From assembly GCF_006345805.1 (NCBI RefSeq), contig NW_021828086.1:1-37232 (forward strand): a stretch of 37,232 nucleotides of DNA. Direction: 5' to 3'. A model generated the notes under the pieces. The model made no database searches and was not told where the DNA came from. It saw nothing but the letters and a program-made list of their open reading frames with translations. Position 1 is the first letter of the stretch. The number at the start of each line of letters is the position of its first letter. This document shows positions 12,379 through 25,614 of this stretch, in pieces. The stretch is from Octopus sinensis (Eukaryota). The translations under genes were made by a program, and so were the position numbers.

Positions 12379-12821
12379 GTTTATTTCGTCAATCGTCATA
12401 TCTCAAAAAAATCGAAAAATAGAAACAGTTCAATCTTCGTTGCCTAGCAGACGACCATTACTTGTACTTAGGCGCATGCGTTAAATGACTGATAATTTAA
12501 AAATATATTTTCAAATTCAATTTTAAAGAAAGCTATATTCTTCCCCGTCACCTCTTTACCACTATCACAAGTACAACCGACACTTTTACTAACCCTCTGT
12601 CTAACCCCATCCTTTCACAAACATATTGCAACAGGTCTTAGTATATCACATATGTGTGCGTGCGTACTATTATATGTTTATGTAGCGTTCTCTATTCTCC
12701 TCTCTTTCTTACCGGTACCACTTCTCTCACACCTCTTGCCTCTCTATCTTTCTTACTCCTCTCACTTCAACTGAAAACGTTTGAAGAGCATCTCAGTCGT
12801 GCGTTGGTTATAATATTGATA

Positions 12822-13330
12822 TCTATATATATAAAACTCAACTTGTGTGTCTGTGTGCGTATCTGTGTGTGTGTCTGTGTGTTTAACTTCCCGGCACATC
12901 TCCTCCTAGCCAACAAATCGTAGAACCACCAAAAATGGGTCACTTAAAGTTTAGGCGAATGAAAATTGAACTGCGTTATTTCTGTTCCGAAATTCATCTC
13001 GCAAGTGCAAAAATCGATAATGTGATTGTTTAGGCCTTATCCCATGCATTGAATAGTGAACTTTACTCAGTCAGCTGTTTGACGTGAACTGTGTTCACCA
13101 CGTGTGCAAGCATGCGTAAATTGCATGAAAAATAAAAAATCAAGATATAAAAACGAATCGCCGTAAACATTGTAGAAATTCGGCAAAGAAATGAATTTTC
13201 GGGATGTATCCGGGAGGGTTTTTTCGTATTAATCGTTTGGACTTTGTGAACACATACCAATTGTTTTCATAACATTTTTAACGCTTTGAATTAAATGTGA
13301 CCATTTTGCAAAGCCGGGCAATACTGCTAG
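12822..13330 (+). mobile_element. Non-autonomous Helitron, family H2
   Basis: A|TCTATATATATAAAA 5' end, internal GT/CTGT repeat, 3' gcaaagccgggcaatactgCTAG|T; sits in an A-T site without TSD. Confidence 0.7.
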
Positions 13331-13684
13331 TAACAGATAAACGAATAATGGAAATCACTAAATGTATTCCATGCATAATTTGTTACTTTACAGTTTTGAG
13401 CTCTATTCATTCAAGGGTCGACATTACCCATCAATCCAAAAAATAATTCAAGTTGGATGTTGGGATTGATTCAAATGATATCTTTTCTTCCCAAAACGTA
13501 GACGTGTATCTCATCATCGGACAGAAAAGCTCGTAACTTAACGGAACTAGAAAAAGAGCGAGGATTTTCGTTCAAATACTTTGTCTACTCTGAAATAAAT
13601 ACCAGTAATATACCTTGGATTGGCTCATCTATCTATACTTTCTCTTCTGTAAAACTGATTTTTGAAGAGAAATCAATATGGATT

Positions 13685-14057
13685 GGAAGTACTCCGTCGG
13701 TAACGACGATGAGGGTTCCGGTTGATCCGAATCAACGGAACAGCCTGCTCGTGAAATTAACGTGTAAGTGGCTGAGCACTCCACAGACACGTGTACCCTT
13801 AACGTAGTTCTCGGGGATATTCAGCGTGACACAGAGAGTGACAAGGCCGGCCCCTTGAAATACAGGTACAACAGAAACAGGAAGTAAGAGTGAGAGAAAG
13901 TTGTACAGCAGGGATCACCACCATCCCCTGCCGGAGCCTCGTGGAGCTTTTAGGTGTTTTCGCTCAATAAACACTTACAACGCCCGGTCTGGGAATCGAA
14001 ACCACGATCCTATGACCGCGAGTCCGCTGCCCTAACCACTGGGCCATTGCGCCTCCC
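13685..14057 (-). mobile_element. SINE family C, full length with 11-bp TSD
   Basis: TSD caatatggatt at 13674-13684 and 14058-14068; near-identical to 7475-7864. Confidence 0.92.
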
Positions 14058-14570
14058 CAATATGGATTACAAAAGATATAACTGAATCAGTTCCATGACA
14101 GCTTCGAATGATCAAATCTATGGCCAAAGACTTTCCACATTTGATCATTCCAAACTACCAAAGTGTATGATTTGAGATTATTTGGTTGCACTTTTTTGTG
14201 TTTCTAGCAATCATGTCGAGTGACCAAATAGGTACACCTACGATTTTTTTTCCCCTGAAAGAGGTAAAATTTTGATGTGCCAAGTTTTGTGCTGTTTCAA
14301 TTCACAGCTGCAACCATTTGAATTTTCCAACCTTCCAACAGAAATTGAGAAAGGCATAAAAGCCAGCACGTGTAACTTCAGCCGATTTGTTTATACCGAA
14401 ACATGTCTACAGCTGTCCCTTTGCTTAATATTGAAGATAGGTATAAGAATGAATAATTATCTGTGATAGTTATGAAAATCATCTCCTTGCTAATTTGAAA
14501 GATGAAAATAATTGTCGCGGGGTTTTCGTTTTCTTTTTCCAACTAAAAGGCTAACTTCAGTTTTTAAGTA

Positions 14571-14591
14571 TATCATCACCATCATCATCAC

Positions 14592-14660
<69 letters not shown>
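14571..14660. repeat. (ATC)n microsatellite at the 3' end of the RLE element
   Basis: Visible repeat directly after the element's 3' UTR on the minus strand. Confidence 0.9.
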
Positions 14661-15345
14661 TAAATCTGTTCCACGCTACTTTAGTTAGCAAGGACGCCCT
14701 CTTGAGGGTTGGTAATAAATTTCCTGAAATCTCTAGAATCTTTCTCGGGATTCTTGCAGAATACAGGATACCACTTTTTCTGCAGGCTGACAATGCAGGT
14801 CTCAATTCCATGATCCTTCAACCTTCTTGGTATTACTTTGGGTGTTGTGCCAAATGCATCAGTCACTCTGGGAACAATTGTTGCCTTACACTTCCGCAAT
14901 CTCTTTATGTCACTGATAGGTGAAGGCGCGTGGCTTAGTGGTTAGGGGCATTCGGCTCATGATCGTAAGGTCGTGAGTTCAATTCCCGGTGGTGCGTTGT
15001 GTCCTTGAGCAAGATACTTTATTTCACGTTTCTCCAGTCCACTCAGCTAGCAAAAATGAGTAGTACCTGTATTTCAAAGGGCCAGCCTTGTCACACTCTG
15101 TGTCACGCTGAATCTCCCCGAGAACTACTTTAAGGGTACACGTGTCTGTGGAATGCTCAGCCACTTGCACGTTAATTCCACGAGCAAGGCTGTTCTGTTG
15201 ATCGTATCAGCTGGGACCCTCGTCATGTCACTGATATTAGGATTTGATATTTGGTCCTGATATTTCTCATGTTTCTCAATTTCTTTGATATTCACTTTAT
15301 CACTTATATGGTACTGAAAACTGTATGATCTTACATTTCTTTTTT
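14661..15345 (-). mobile_element. RLE-type non-LTR retrotransposon C-terminal remnant (R4/Dong-like), interrupted by a SINE at 14919-15224
   Basis: Minus-strand reading across the empty site: KKCKIIQFSVP..DKVNIKEIEKHEKYQD..IKRLRKCKATIVPRVTDAFGT..GIETCIVSLQK..ILYSARIPRKILEI, the typical RLE-domain tail (D..IP, KE.EK..KY, W......VP.V.GALG). Confidence 0.8.
14919..15224 (+). mobile_element. tRNA-headed SINE with family C 3' tail and 12-bp TSD
   Basis: A-box TGGCTTAGTGG, B-box GTTCAATTCC; TSD atgtcactgata at 14907-14918 and 15225-15236; the 3' half is the reverse complement of 13700-13870. Confidence 0.9.
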
Positions 15346-15356
15346 TTTTCCTTTAA

Positions 15357-15576
15357 CCCTTTAGTGGTTAAACCGGCCATACCAGGCCAAAATTGTCTTC
15401 CTGTTATATGCTCAAACCAGGTAGCTCTGACCTCTCACACCTACCCTACAAAGTCATTCTAAAAATAAACAGGGATATCGTCAAAATCTCAGAGTTACAA
15501 GATGCTGTACAATTAATTTAAAATAATGTAATTAAATAGGCTTTACATTTGACAGATTAATCTGAATGTTAAAGGG
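15357..15576. mobile_element. piggyBac-type MITE
   Basis: TTAA|CCCTTTA ... TAAAGGG|TTAA: 7-bp TIR match and TTAA TSD (15353-56, 15577-80). Confidence 0.75.
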
Positions 15577-15599
15577 TTAATAGTAACAATAGAAAATCA

Positions 15600-15760
15600 A
15601 AAAGAGGAGGAGCACGTTTGTGTACAAGAGGCTGGAGCGTGTCTGTTAGTGATTGAAAACTAATCAGTCTCACGGTCAAGAATATCTTTGTGTCACAGCA
15701 CCACTGTTCCAGATGTAAGAGTCGTACTCCATTTTGAGTTTCAGGAGAGCCTTGTTGAGA
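15600..15760 (-). mobile_element. Second fragment of a CR1/L2-type LINE
   Basis: Minus strand reads KLKMEYDSYIW and RLISFQSLTDTLQPLVHKR; shares tcac.cagacacgctccagc-like sequence with the LINE near 6210-6228. Confidence 0.55.
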
Positions 15761-16049
15761 GTGTCAGCAGCTATTGAGAGCTGATATGTCATCTGTCTAC
15801 CAAACTGCACCCTTAAGATATATGGAGTAAGATATTTACCCTAAGTGCCGCACAAGGTCTGGGAGAGAAATTGATTATATATAATACCTCTATCATCAGA
15901 TTTATCATGTATCAGCGCCAGGGAAGTTCGACTCCAGGGCGACGGCGTCGGCTTTTTTTCCTCTTTTTTTATTAACCCAGAAGACCAGCAATTGCTTATA
16001 CAGCAATCTCCTCTCTCCATGAAGGTGATTTTATCCAACACAAAGGTAA

Positions 16050-16452
16050 TCTTTATATATAAAAGAAAGGTTGTGTGTCTGTCTACTCCGATTTAGATTC
16101 CTAACTACTCCCACATTTTGCGGTGCAGTTTAACCAAAACCAGGTATCTTATAGTCGTGATTCATATCGAGCCCTTCTGGGTATTAGCGCGCGTCTACGA
16201 TGAGTCTACGATTTTAAAAATAATTTACCATCATTTTTTTTCCATTTTAATGCATATTTTTTTAATATAAGGGAAGTAACTCTCTAAAAATGTCTACGAT
16301 GAGTCAACGATTTAAAAAAAAAATTACCATAGTTTTTTTTCCATTTTTAATGCATTTTTTGCTAATTTTTGCTAATTTTGGCTATAACTCTCTAAAAATG
16401 CTTTATAGTTATTTCCCTTACAAACCCGAGAAACGCCGGGTGATACTGCTAG
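16050..16452 (+). mobile_element. Non-autonomous Helitron, family H1, with internal duplication
   Basis: A|TCTTTATATATAAAAG ... cccgagaaacgccggg hairpin, CTAG|T; three more copies in the window. Confidence 0.85.
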
Positions 16453-16815
16453 TTATTGATATAGCTTGCTTTTATAGCCGTAAGCAGGCTCAGGGCAACA
16501 TTTTTAGTCTGACGCCTTGATTTTTTTCTCCGCTTCTTAAGAATGATATTCAAAGTTTGCTTCAGCGGGATTTGCACTTAAAAACAAATAACGCAAGGCG
16601 TTGTGTTCGATTCCACCCCCACCCAGTTATTCCATTAATCCACTGTCTTAAACTTATTAACCACATCATTATGTAGGTATCATTTTATGCACACACACAC
16701 ACACATACATATATTTATAGACATACATGCATAAATATATATGCATACGTATGTGTATATGTTTGCATGCATATATATATATACATGCATCTATGGGCAT
16801 TTATACGTCTATAGA

Positions 16816-16869
16816 TGTATGTAAGTATGTATGTATGTATGTATGTATGCATGCATGTATGTATGTAAG

Positions 16870-16900
<31 letters not shown>

Positions 16901-17910
16901 GTGTGTGTATGTATGTATGTATGTATGTATGCATGCATGCATGTATGTATGTATGTATGTATGTATGTATGTATGTATGTATGTATGTATGTATGCATGC
17001 ATGCATGCATGTATGTATGTATGTATGTATGTATGTATGTATGTATGTATGTATGTATGTATGTATGTATGTATGTATGCATGCATGCATGTATGTATGT
17101 ATGTATGTATGTATGTATGTATGTATGCATGCATGTATGTATGTATGCATGTATGCATGTGTATGTATGTATGTGTATGTATGTATGTTATGTATGCATG
17201 CATGTATGTATGCATGTATGTATGTATGTATGCATGCATGTATGTATGTATGTATGTATGTATGTATGTATGTATGTATGTATGCATGCATGTGTATTTA
17301 TATATGCATGTATGTAAGTGTGTGTATGTATGTATGCATGCATGTATGTATGTATGTATGTATGTATGTATGCATGCATGTATGTATGTATGTATGGATG
17401 TATGTATGTATGTATGCATGCATGTATGTATGCATGCATGTATGTATGTATGTATGTATGCATGCATGTATGTATGTATGTATGTATGTATGCATGCATG
17501 TATATATGTATGTATGTATGTATGTATGCATGTATGTATGTATGCATGTATGTATGTATGTATGCATGTATTTATGTATGTATGTATGTATGTATGTATG
17601 TATGTATGTATGTATGTATGCATGCATGTATGTATGTATGTATGTATGTATGCATGCATGTATGTATGTATGTATGTATGTATGTATGTATGCATGTGTG
17701 TATGTATGTATGTATGTATGTATGTATGTATGTATGTACGTATGTATGTATATATGCATGTATATGTATGTATGTATATATGCATGTATATGTATGTATG
17801 TATGTATGTATGTATGCATGCATGTATGTATGTATGTATGTATGTATGTATGTATGCATGTGTGTATGTATGTATGTATGTATGTATGTAAGTGTGTGTA
17901 TGTATGTATG
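16816..17910. repeat. (ATGT)n tetranucleotide array with ATGC variants
   Basis: Visible repeat; source of the MYVC/HTYI ORFs. Confidence 0.97.
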
Positions 17911-18197
17911 TGGACGGAAGAACAGGAAGTAGAGGAAAAGATGCTTATTGAAAAATATCTTACAAGACTAGAAAAGAGATAAATATCAGCGTCCATTTTA
18001 TCTCCCCCTATGTTTCTGCAAAACCCTTTCACTGGCTCTCTATCGCCACTCTCTTTTTCCACATTTCAACCTGATGCTCACTCATACGTTGTCTCTCCCT
18101 CTTACTGTCCCCCTCTCACTTTATCTCACTCAATCTCTCCTTTCTCTCTATCTATCTATCTACTTAATAGTCTATCAATCTAGCTAAGCTAAACTGT

Positions 18198-18200
<3 letters not shown>
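17911..18200 (+). repeat. Unique core of a 1.8-kb tandem duplication, copy 1
   Basis: Recurs at 19713-20000 (offset 1802) with only single-base indels. Confidence 0.95.
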
Positions 18201-18244
<44 letters not shown>

Positions 18245-18356
18245 ATATATATTAATATATATATATACATAATATATATATATATATATATAATATATAT
18301 ATACATATATATATACATACATATATATGTATATATATAATATATATATATATATC

Positions 18357-18390
<34 letters not shown>

Positions 18391-18463
18391 CATATATATA
18401 TATATTATATATATATAATACATACATATATATATATATACATATATATACATACATATATAT

Positions 18464-19712
18464 GTAAGTATACATGCATGTATGGATGCTTGTATGTGTG
18501 TATGTATGTATGAATGTATGTAGTATGAATGTATGTATGTATGTAAGTGTGTGTATGTATGTAGTATGTATGTATGTATGTATGTATGTATGCATGCATG
18601 TATTATGTATGTATGTATGTATGTATGCATGTATGTACGTATGTATTTATGTGTGTATGTATGTATGTATGCATGCATGTATGTATGTATTTATGTATGT
18701 ATGTATGTATGTATGCATGCATGTATGTATGTATGTATGCATGCATGCATGTATGTATGTATGTATGTATGTATGTATGCATGCATGCATGTATGTATGT
18801 ATGTATGTATGTATGTATGCATGCATGTATGTATGTATTTATGTATGTATGTATGTATGTATGCATGCATGTATGTATGTATTTATGTATGTATGCATGC
18901 ATGTATGTATGTATGTATGTATGTATGTATGTATGTATGTATGCATGCATGCATGTATGTATGTATGTATGTATGTATGCATGCATGTATGTATGCATGC
19001 ATGTATGTATGTATGTATGTATGCATGCAGGCATGTATGTATGCATGTATGCATGTGTATGTATATATGCATGTTTGTAAGTGTGTGTATGTATGTATGT
19101 ATGTATGTATGCATGTGTATGTATATTTGCATGTATGTAAGTGTGTGTATGCATGTATGTATGCATGTATGCATGTATGTATGTATGTATGTATGTATGT
19201 ATGCATGCATGTATGTATGTATGTATGTATGTATGCATGCATGCATGTATGTATGCATGTATGCATGTGTATGTATATATGCATGTATGTAAGTGTGTGT
19301 ATGTATGTATGCATGCATGTATGTATGTAAGTATGTATGTATGTAAGTATGTATGCATGTATGTATGTATGTATGTATGTATGTATGCATGCATGTATGT
19401 ATGTATGTATGGATGTATGTATGTATGTATGCATGCATGTATGTATGTATGTATGTATGTATGCATGCATGTATGTATGTATGTATGTATGTATGTATGC
19501 ATGTGTATGTATGTATGTATGTATGTATGTATGTATGTATGTACGTATGTATGTATATATGCATGTATATGTATGTATGTATATATGCATGTATAGTATG
19601 TATGTATGTATGTATGTATGCATGCATGTATGTATGTATGTATTATGTATGTATGTATGCATGTGTGTATGTATGTAGTATGTATGTATGTAAGTGTGTG
19701 TATGTATGTATG
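18464..19712. repeat. (ATGT)n array with ATGC variants, duplicate copy
   Basis: Visible repeat; shares landmark variants (ggatg, gtacgtatg, aagtgtgtgt) with 16816-17910. Confidence 0.97.
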
Positions 19713-19997
19713 TGGACGGAGAACAGGAAGTAGAGGAAAAGATGCTTATTGAAAAATATCTTACAAGACTAGAAAAGAGATAATATCAGCGTCCATTTTA
19801 TCTCCCCCTATGTTTCTGCAAAACCCTTTCACTGGCTCTCTATCGCCACTCTCTTTTTCCACATTTCAACCTGATGCTCACTCATACGTTGTCTCTCCCT
19901 CTTACTGTCCCCCTCTCACTTTATCTCACTCAATCTCTCCTTTCTCTCTATCTATCTATCTACTTAATAGTCTATCAATCTAGCTAAGCTAAACTGT

Positions 19998-20000
<3 letters not shown>
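19713..20000 (+). repeat. Unique core of the tandem duplication, copy 2
   Basis: Near-identical to 17911-18200; both copies are followed by (AT)n and gtaagtatacatgcatgtatggatgcttg. Confidence 0.95.
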
Positions 20001-20040
<40 letters not shown>

Positions 20041-20066
20041 ATATATAGATATATATATATATTAAT

Positions 20067-20098
<32 letters not shown>

Positions 20099-20122
20099 CA
20101 TACATATATATACATATACATA

Positions 20123-20168
<46 letters not shown>

Positions 20169-20180
20169 TATACATATATA

Positions 20181-20223
<43 letters not shown>

Positions 20224-20346
20224 TATACATATATATACATATATATACATACATATATATGTAAGTATACATGCATGTATGGATGCTTGTATGTGTGTAT
20301 GTATGTATGAATGTATGTATGTATGAATGTGTGTATGTATGTATTT

Positions 20347-20663
<317 letters not shown>

Positions 20664-20914
20664 ACCTTATATAAATGCACACGCCAAATAGATCGATACA
20701 TCGATGCTTTGAGAGATGTTTAAGGTTGAATACTAAATAATGTACCTGAGCTATTGTAAACCGGAAATATATATGTGGAATCATATCCTCGATGAAAGAC
20801 TAACGGAACAAAGGAGAAAGTATTAAATTAACAATAAAGTCTAGAATAAGCCAAAAGAAAAACATATCTCTAAGATAATTAAAATACGCGCGAGTATACG
20901 TGTACACGTACGCA

Positions 20915-20924
20915 CACACACACG

Positions 20925-21006
<82 letters not shown>

Positions 21007-21170
21007 AATGCTTGTATGTGTGTTTCTCTGTATGAATGTGCAATAGTTTTCAACCTTACCAACACAATCTTATTGAACATTTAGAGTAATTATCTTAGGA
21101 CTATCTTTCCTTTTTTTCCCTTATGATCTTTTCCCTTAATATTATACTATATATCCGTGTGTGTTTTTAC

Positions 21171-21203
<33 letters not shown>

Positions 21204-21264
21204 ATACATACACACACATTTTATATATATATAAATATTATATATATATATATATTATATATAA

Positions 21265-21309
<45 letters not shown>

Positions 21310-21310
21310 C
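20915..21310. repeat. Two (TA)n tracts
   Basis: Visible repeats at about 20920-21004 and 21170-21310. Confidence 0.85.
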
Positions 21311-21722
21311 ACCTGTGTGTGTTACGTGTGTGTGTCCACGCGTGTATGTGTGCCCGGGTGTGAGTTTGTGTATAATAGGAAAGGAACAGTTTACTTTCAA
21401 ACAGGTTATATCGAAAACACGGTAGTGCACCAGTTTAATCATTTTTATTAAAAATCTTTCATATTTCCTTATTGACCTTTATATTTAGTTTTGGACAATA
21501 CTGTTCTTATATCGATGTTTCCGTATCTATTAAATAATATACTTGTATGTTTAAGTTTATCTCTATTTATATCTGTGTATGTCTAGTCGTCCTCGGTGTA
21601 TTATTTACCTGATTGTCTACCGTTTGTGTATTTTTCATTTTTATTCAGACCTTACATATACACACTCATAGATATATGTGCATATGTACGTATTTATGTG
21701 TAGTGGCGGGGAGTTGGTGTGT

Positions 21723-21876
<154 letters not shown>

Positions 21877-22171
21877 GATCTAAAAAGGTATAAAAGGTTA
21901 GAAGACCAAATAAAAAGGGTAAATAAACAGATATAGATACACAGACTGATAGCTGAATAGACATACATATATGTATGTGTGTACATATATATATATATAT
22001 ATACTACGATGATCCGGTTCTTGACTGAAGACTGAGGGGTTCGAATGTCCTGTCCATGTTATTGTATCGTCTTCTATGAGTTATACGTTCTTGTCCATGT
22101 TGTATTTTTCTACTACCTTAATATATATTATATATCTATATATATATATATTATATATATATATATACATA

Positions 22172-22553
22172 CTAGCAGTATCGCCCGGCGTTGCTCGGGT
22201 TTGTAAGGGAAATAACTATATAAGCATTTTTAGAGATGTAAAGTATAATAGACATCTCAATATGGCTAACCACAAAGGGGGGGTGTTACTGTAACTTTTT
22301 ACGTTCTGAGATTTAATAATAAATTTTTAGAGAGTTACTTCCCTTATATATGCCAAAAATGCATTAAAATGGAAAAAAATGATGGTAATTTTTTTTTTAA
22401 ATCGTTGACTCATCGTAGACGCGCGCTAATACCCAGAAGGGCTTGATATGAATCACGACTATAAGATACCCGCTTTTGGTTAAACTGCACCACAAAATGT
22501 GGGAGTAGTTAGGATTCTAAATCGTAGGCGACAGACAGCACACAACTTCACTT
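22172..22553 (-). mobile_element. Helitron H1 copy lacking the extreme 5' end
   Basis: A|CTAGcagtatcgcccggcgttgctcggg 3' terminus; body matches 28062-28423. Confidence 0.85.
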
Positions 22554-22562
22554 AAACAAATA

Positions 22563-22634
22563 CTAGGGTCAATTCATTTGACTACAAATTCTTCACGCAG
22601 TTTAATGACTGAAACCAGTAAAACATAAAAGATA
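22563..22634 (+). mobile_element. Diverged SINE family A tail
   Basis: gcagtttaatgactgaaaccagtaaaacataaaaga resembles gcagtcaaatgactgaaacaagtaaaagag. Confidence 0.45.
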
Positions 22635-22913
22635 TTTATATATATACATATATGAATGGGCAGAAATATTACAAAAGTGGCTCAAGGGCCAATAGGAAAC
22701 TTTCGCTTCTTGAGTCACTTTTGTAACACAAAAATATATGTCCCTACACACAAACACACACACACACATACATACACACATACATACACACATACAGACA
22801 CACACATACACACATGCGCACACACTCACACACATACATATGTGTGTGCTTGCAAGTATATGCATGTGTTTCTATGGTTCTGTGTAAGTACGTGCGTACG
22901 TTTGTGCGTATGC

Positions 22914-22914
<1 letters not shown>

Positions 22915-22946
<32 letters not shown>

Positions 22947-24070
22947 TGTATGTATGTATGCATGTATGTATGTATGTATGCATGTATGTATGTATGTGCG
23001 TATGTATGTATGTATGTATGTATGTGTGTATGTATGTATGTATGTATGTATGTATGCATGTATGTATGTATGTGCGTATGTATGTATGCATGTATGTATG
23101 TATGTATGTATGTATGTATGCATGTATGCATGTATGTAAGCATGTATGCATATATGTATGTATGTGTGTATGTGTGTATGTATGTATGCATGTATGTATG
23201 TATGTATGTATGTATGTATGTATGTATGTACGCATGCATGTATGTATGTATGTATGTATGCATGTATGTATGCATGTATGTATGTATGTATGTGCGTATG
23301 CATGTATGTATGTATGTATGCATGCATGTATGTATGTATGCATGCATGTATGTATGTATGTATGTATGTATGCATGTATGTATGCATATATGTCTGTATA
23401 TATGTATGTATGTATGCATGTATGCATGTATATGTATGTATGCATGCATATATGTATGTATGCATGCATATATGTATGTATGTATGTATATATGTATGTA
23501 TGCATGTATGTATGCATGTATGTATGTATGTATTATGTAGGAATTATGTATGCATGTTGTATGTATGTATGTATGTATATATGCATGCATGTATGTATGT
23601 ATGCATGCATGTATGTATGTATGTATGTATGTATGCATGCATGTATGTGCGTATGTATGCATGTGTGTGTATGTATGCATGTATGCATGCATGTATGTAT
23701 GTATGTATGTATGCATGTATGTATGCATGTATGTATGTATGCATGCATGTGTGTATGTATGTATGTATGTATGCATGCATGCATGTATGTATGTATGTAT
23801 GTATACATGCATGTATGTATATATGTATGTATGTATGCATGTATGTATGCATGTATGTATGTATGCATGCATGTATGTATGCATGCATGCATGCATGTAT
23901 GTATGTATGTATGTATGCATGTATGTATGTATGCATGCATGCATGTATGTATGCATGTATGTATGTATGTATGCATGCATGTATGTATGTATGTATGTAT
24001 GCATGCATGTATGTATGTATGTATGCATGTATGTATGTATGCATGCATGTATGTATGCATGTATGTATGT
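22915..24070. repeat. (ATGT)n array with ATGC/ATAT/GTGT variants
   Basis: Visible repeat. Confidence 0.97.
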
Positions 24071-24071
24071 A

Positions 24072-24837
24072 TCTCTTATTATAAAAGGCAGATTTTATCT
24101 GCCTCCTTTGTCAGTTATAGAAATCTACAATATAGGATTTCTTCAATTACAATTTTCCTAGCATTTTTAAGAGTAGAATGCATCGGTTCTTGCCAGGTCC
24201 AGTTTTTAAAATTTCAACCCCAATTAAGCAAAATTTACAGAAAACTCACATTGTGGTGTATGAGTCAAATTCTTCGCTTAATGTGGGCTACAGCACTCGC
24301 ACACACACACACACACAAAAAGGGAGCGATCTCATTCACTCACGCTATCACTCATTTCTGCGACTTTCTCTTTGCAAGTTTGCAGCGATTAAAGTGAAAC
24401 TAATTCGATAAAACGAGAGAAGTGTACCTTAAACCACTACTAAAAAAAAAACAGCAAACAGAAACAAATAAATACATAACGATTACTCCTCACAGAATTT
24501 CTTCAATTAGGTGTCCCATGATTTTCAGAGTACTTCAGTGGGTGATGCAAAAAAAATTTCTTTCAATTTTAACGCCAATTAAGAGAAAATTCGAGAAAAC
24601 TCAATATTTTAACATTTCACTCCGAAAGCATTGATGTACATGTGTGCGTGCGTGAGTGTGTGTGTGTCATCCTCACACACACGCTTACACATACATATAT
24701 GAGAGTGGCAAACACAAACGTTTCACAAAACATACAACAACGTGTGTGTTTGTTATTAGTAAAAAAGGCGCAAAACACCAACTCACTTATCATTCCAACA
24801 CATTTGCAAAGACACACGGACGGGTTGGAATTGCTAT
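24072..24837 (+). mobile_element. Possible third non-autonomous Helitron family; 3' end uncertain
   Basis: A|TCTCTTATTATAAAAG resembles the H1/H2 5' ends; putative degenerate 3' end cgggttggaattgCTAT near 24821-24837. Confidence 0.3.
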
Positions 24838-25001
24838 AACAATACAGAAAAGGTAAATTGGTTTTTATTTTACTCTGTATATATTTTAGTATATATATTA
24901 TATATAGATCTATGTATATATAATTGCAGTATGAAACAGTGTTTATGTATAAACAGACGACACTTATATATAGTTATTAATAAATGTATGCATCCGTTTA
25001 A

Positions 25002-25320
25002 CCCTTTCGTTACCAAACCGCCGAATTTACCTATTCATATTTAAATGAGAATATCAGAGTAAATCTCTTTAGTACATTCGTGAAACACGTATTATACTTC
25101 GTAAACACTTCAATTACGTTTTGTACAAAAATCGAAGTGTAATTTTAATTCCGTGAATTGGGAGATTTTTTTCCGAAATTTGGTCCTATTGTGTTTTCAA
25201 AATTTGTAATTCTGACAAAAAAATGGATACGATTTCATTATATCAAGCAGCGAGTCAGAATTCGAAGGATTTTCTACTGAAGACCTTCATAAATCTAACT
25301 CTATGACTGAAAAAAAAAAG
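25002..25320. mobile_element. One piggyBac-like terminus; matching end not found
   Basis: TTAA|CCCTTTCGTTACC at 24998-25014; the extent given is only up to the next Helitron. Confidence 0.35.
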
Positions 25321-25322
25321 CA

Positions 25323-25614
25323 TCTTTATATAAGAGTGAAGTGTTGTTGTCTGTCTCCTACGATTTAGATTCCTAACTACTCCCACATTTTGCGGTGCAG
25401 TTAACCAAAAGCGGGTATCTTATAGTCGTGATTCATATCGAGCCCTTCTGGTTATTAGCGCGCGTCTACGATGAGTCTACGATTTCAAAAAAATTTACCA
25501 TCATATTTTTCCATTTTAATGCATTTTTTTGCTATTTTTTGGCTATAACTCTCTAAAAATGCTTATATAGTTATTTCCTTTACAAACCCGAGCAACGCCG
25601 GGCGATACTGCTAG
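25323..25614 (+). mobile_element. Helitron H1 copy, shortest version
   Basis: A|TCTTTATATAAGAG ... CCCGAGCAACGCCGGG (25587-25602) ..CTAG|T. Confidence 0.88.

Noticed and set aside
14208-14370. Possible micro-exons (MSSDQI; LQPFEFSNLPTEI, faintly F-box-like)
   Set aside because: Weak donors, very short and no recognisable family.
16816-19712. ATGT-to-ATGC variants as retro-copied A-to-I edits (A>G on the minus strand)
   Set aside because: Other transitions (GTGT, ATAT) also occur, there is no sign the arrays were retrotransposed, and slippage explains the spread.
22015-22060. CTGAAGA..GAA hammerhead-like string
   Set aside because: No stem II pairing, GAAA is broken and there is no stem I partner.
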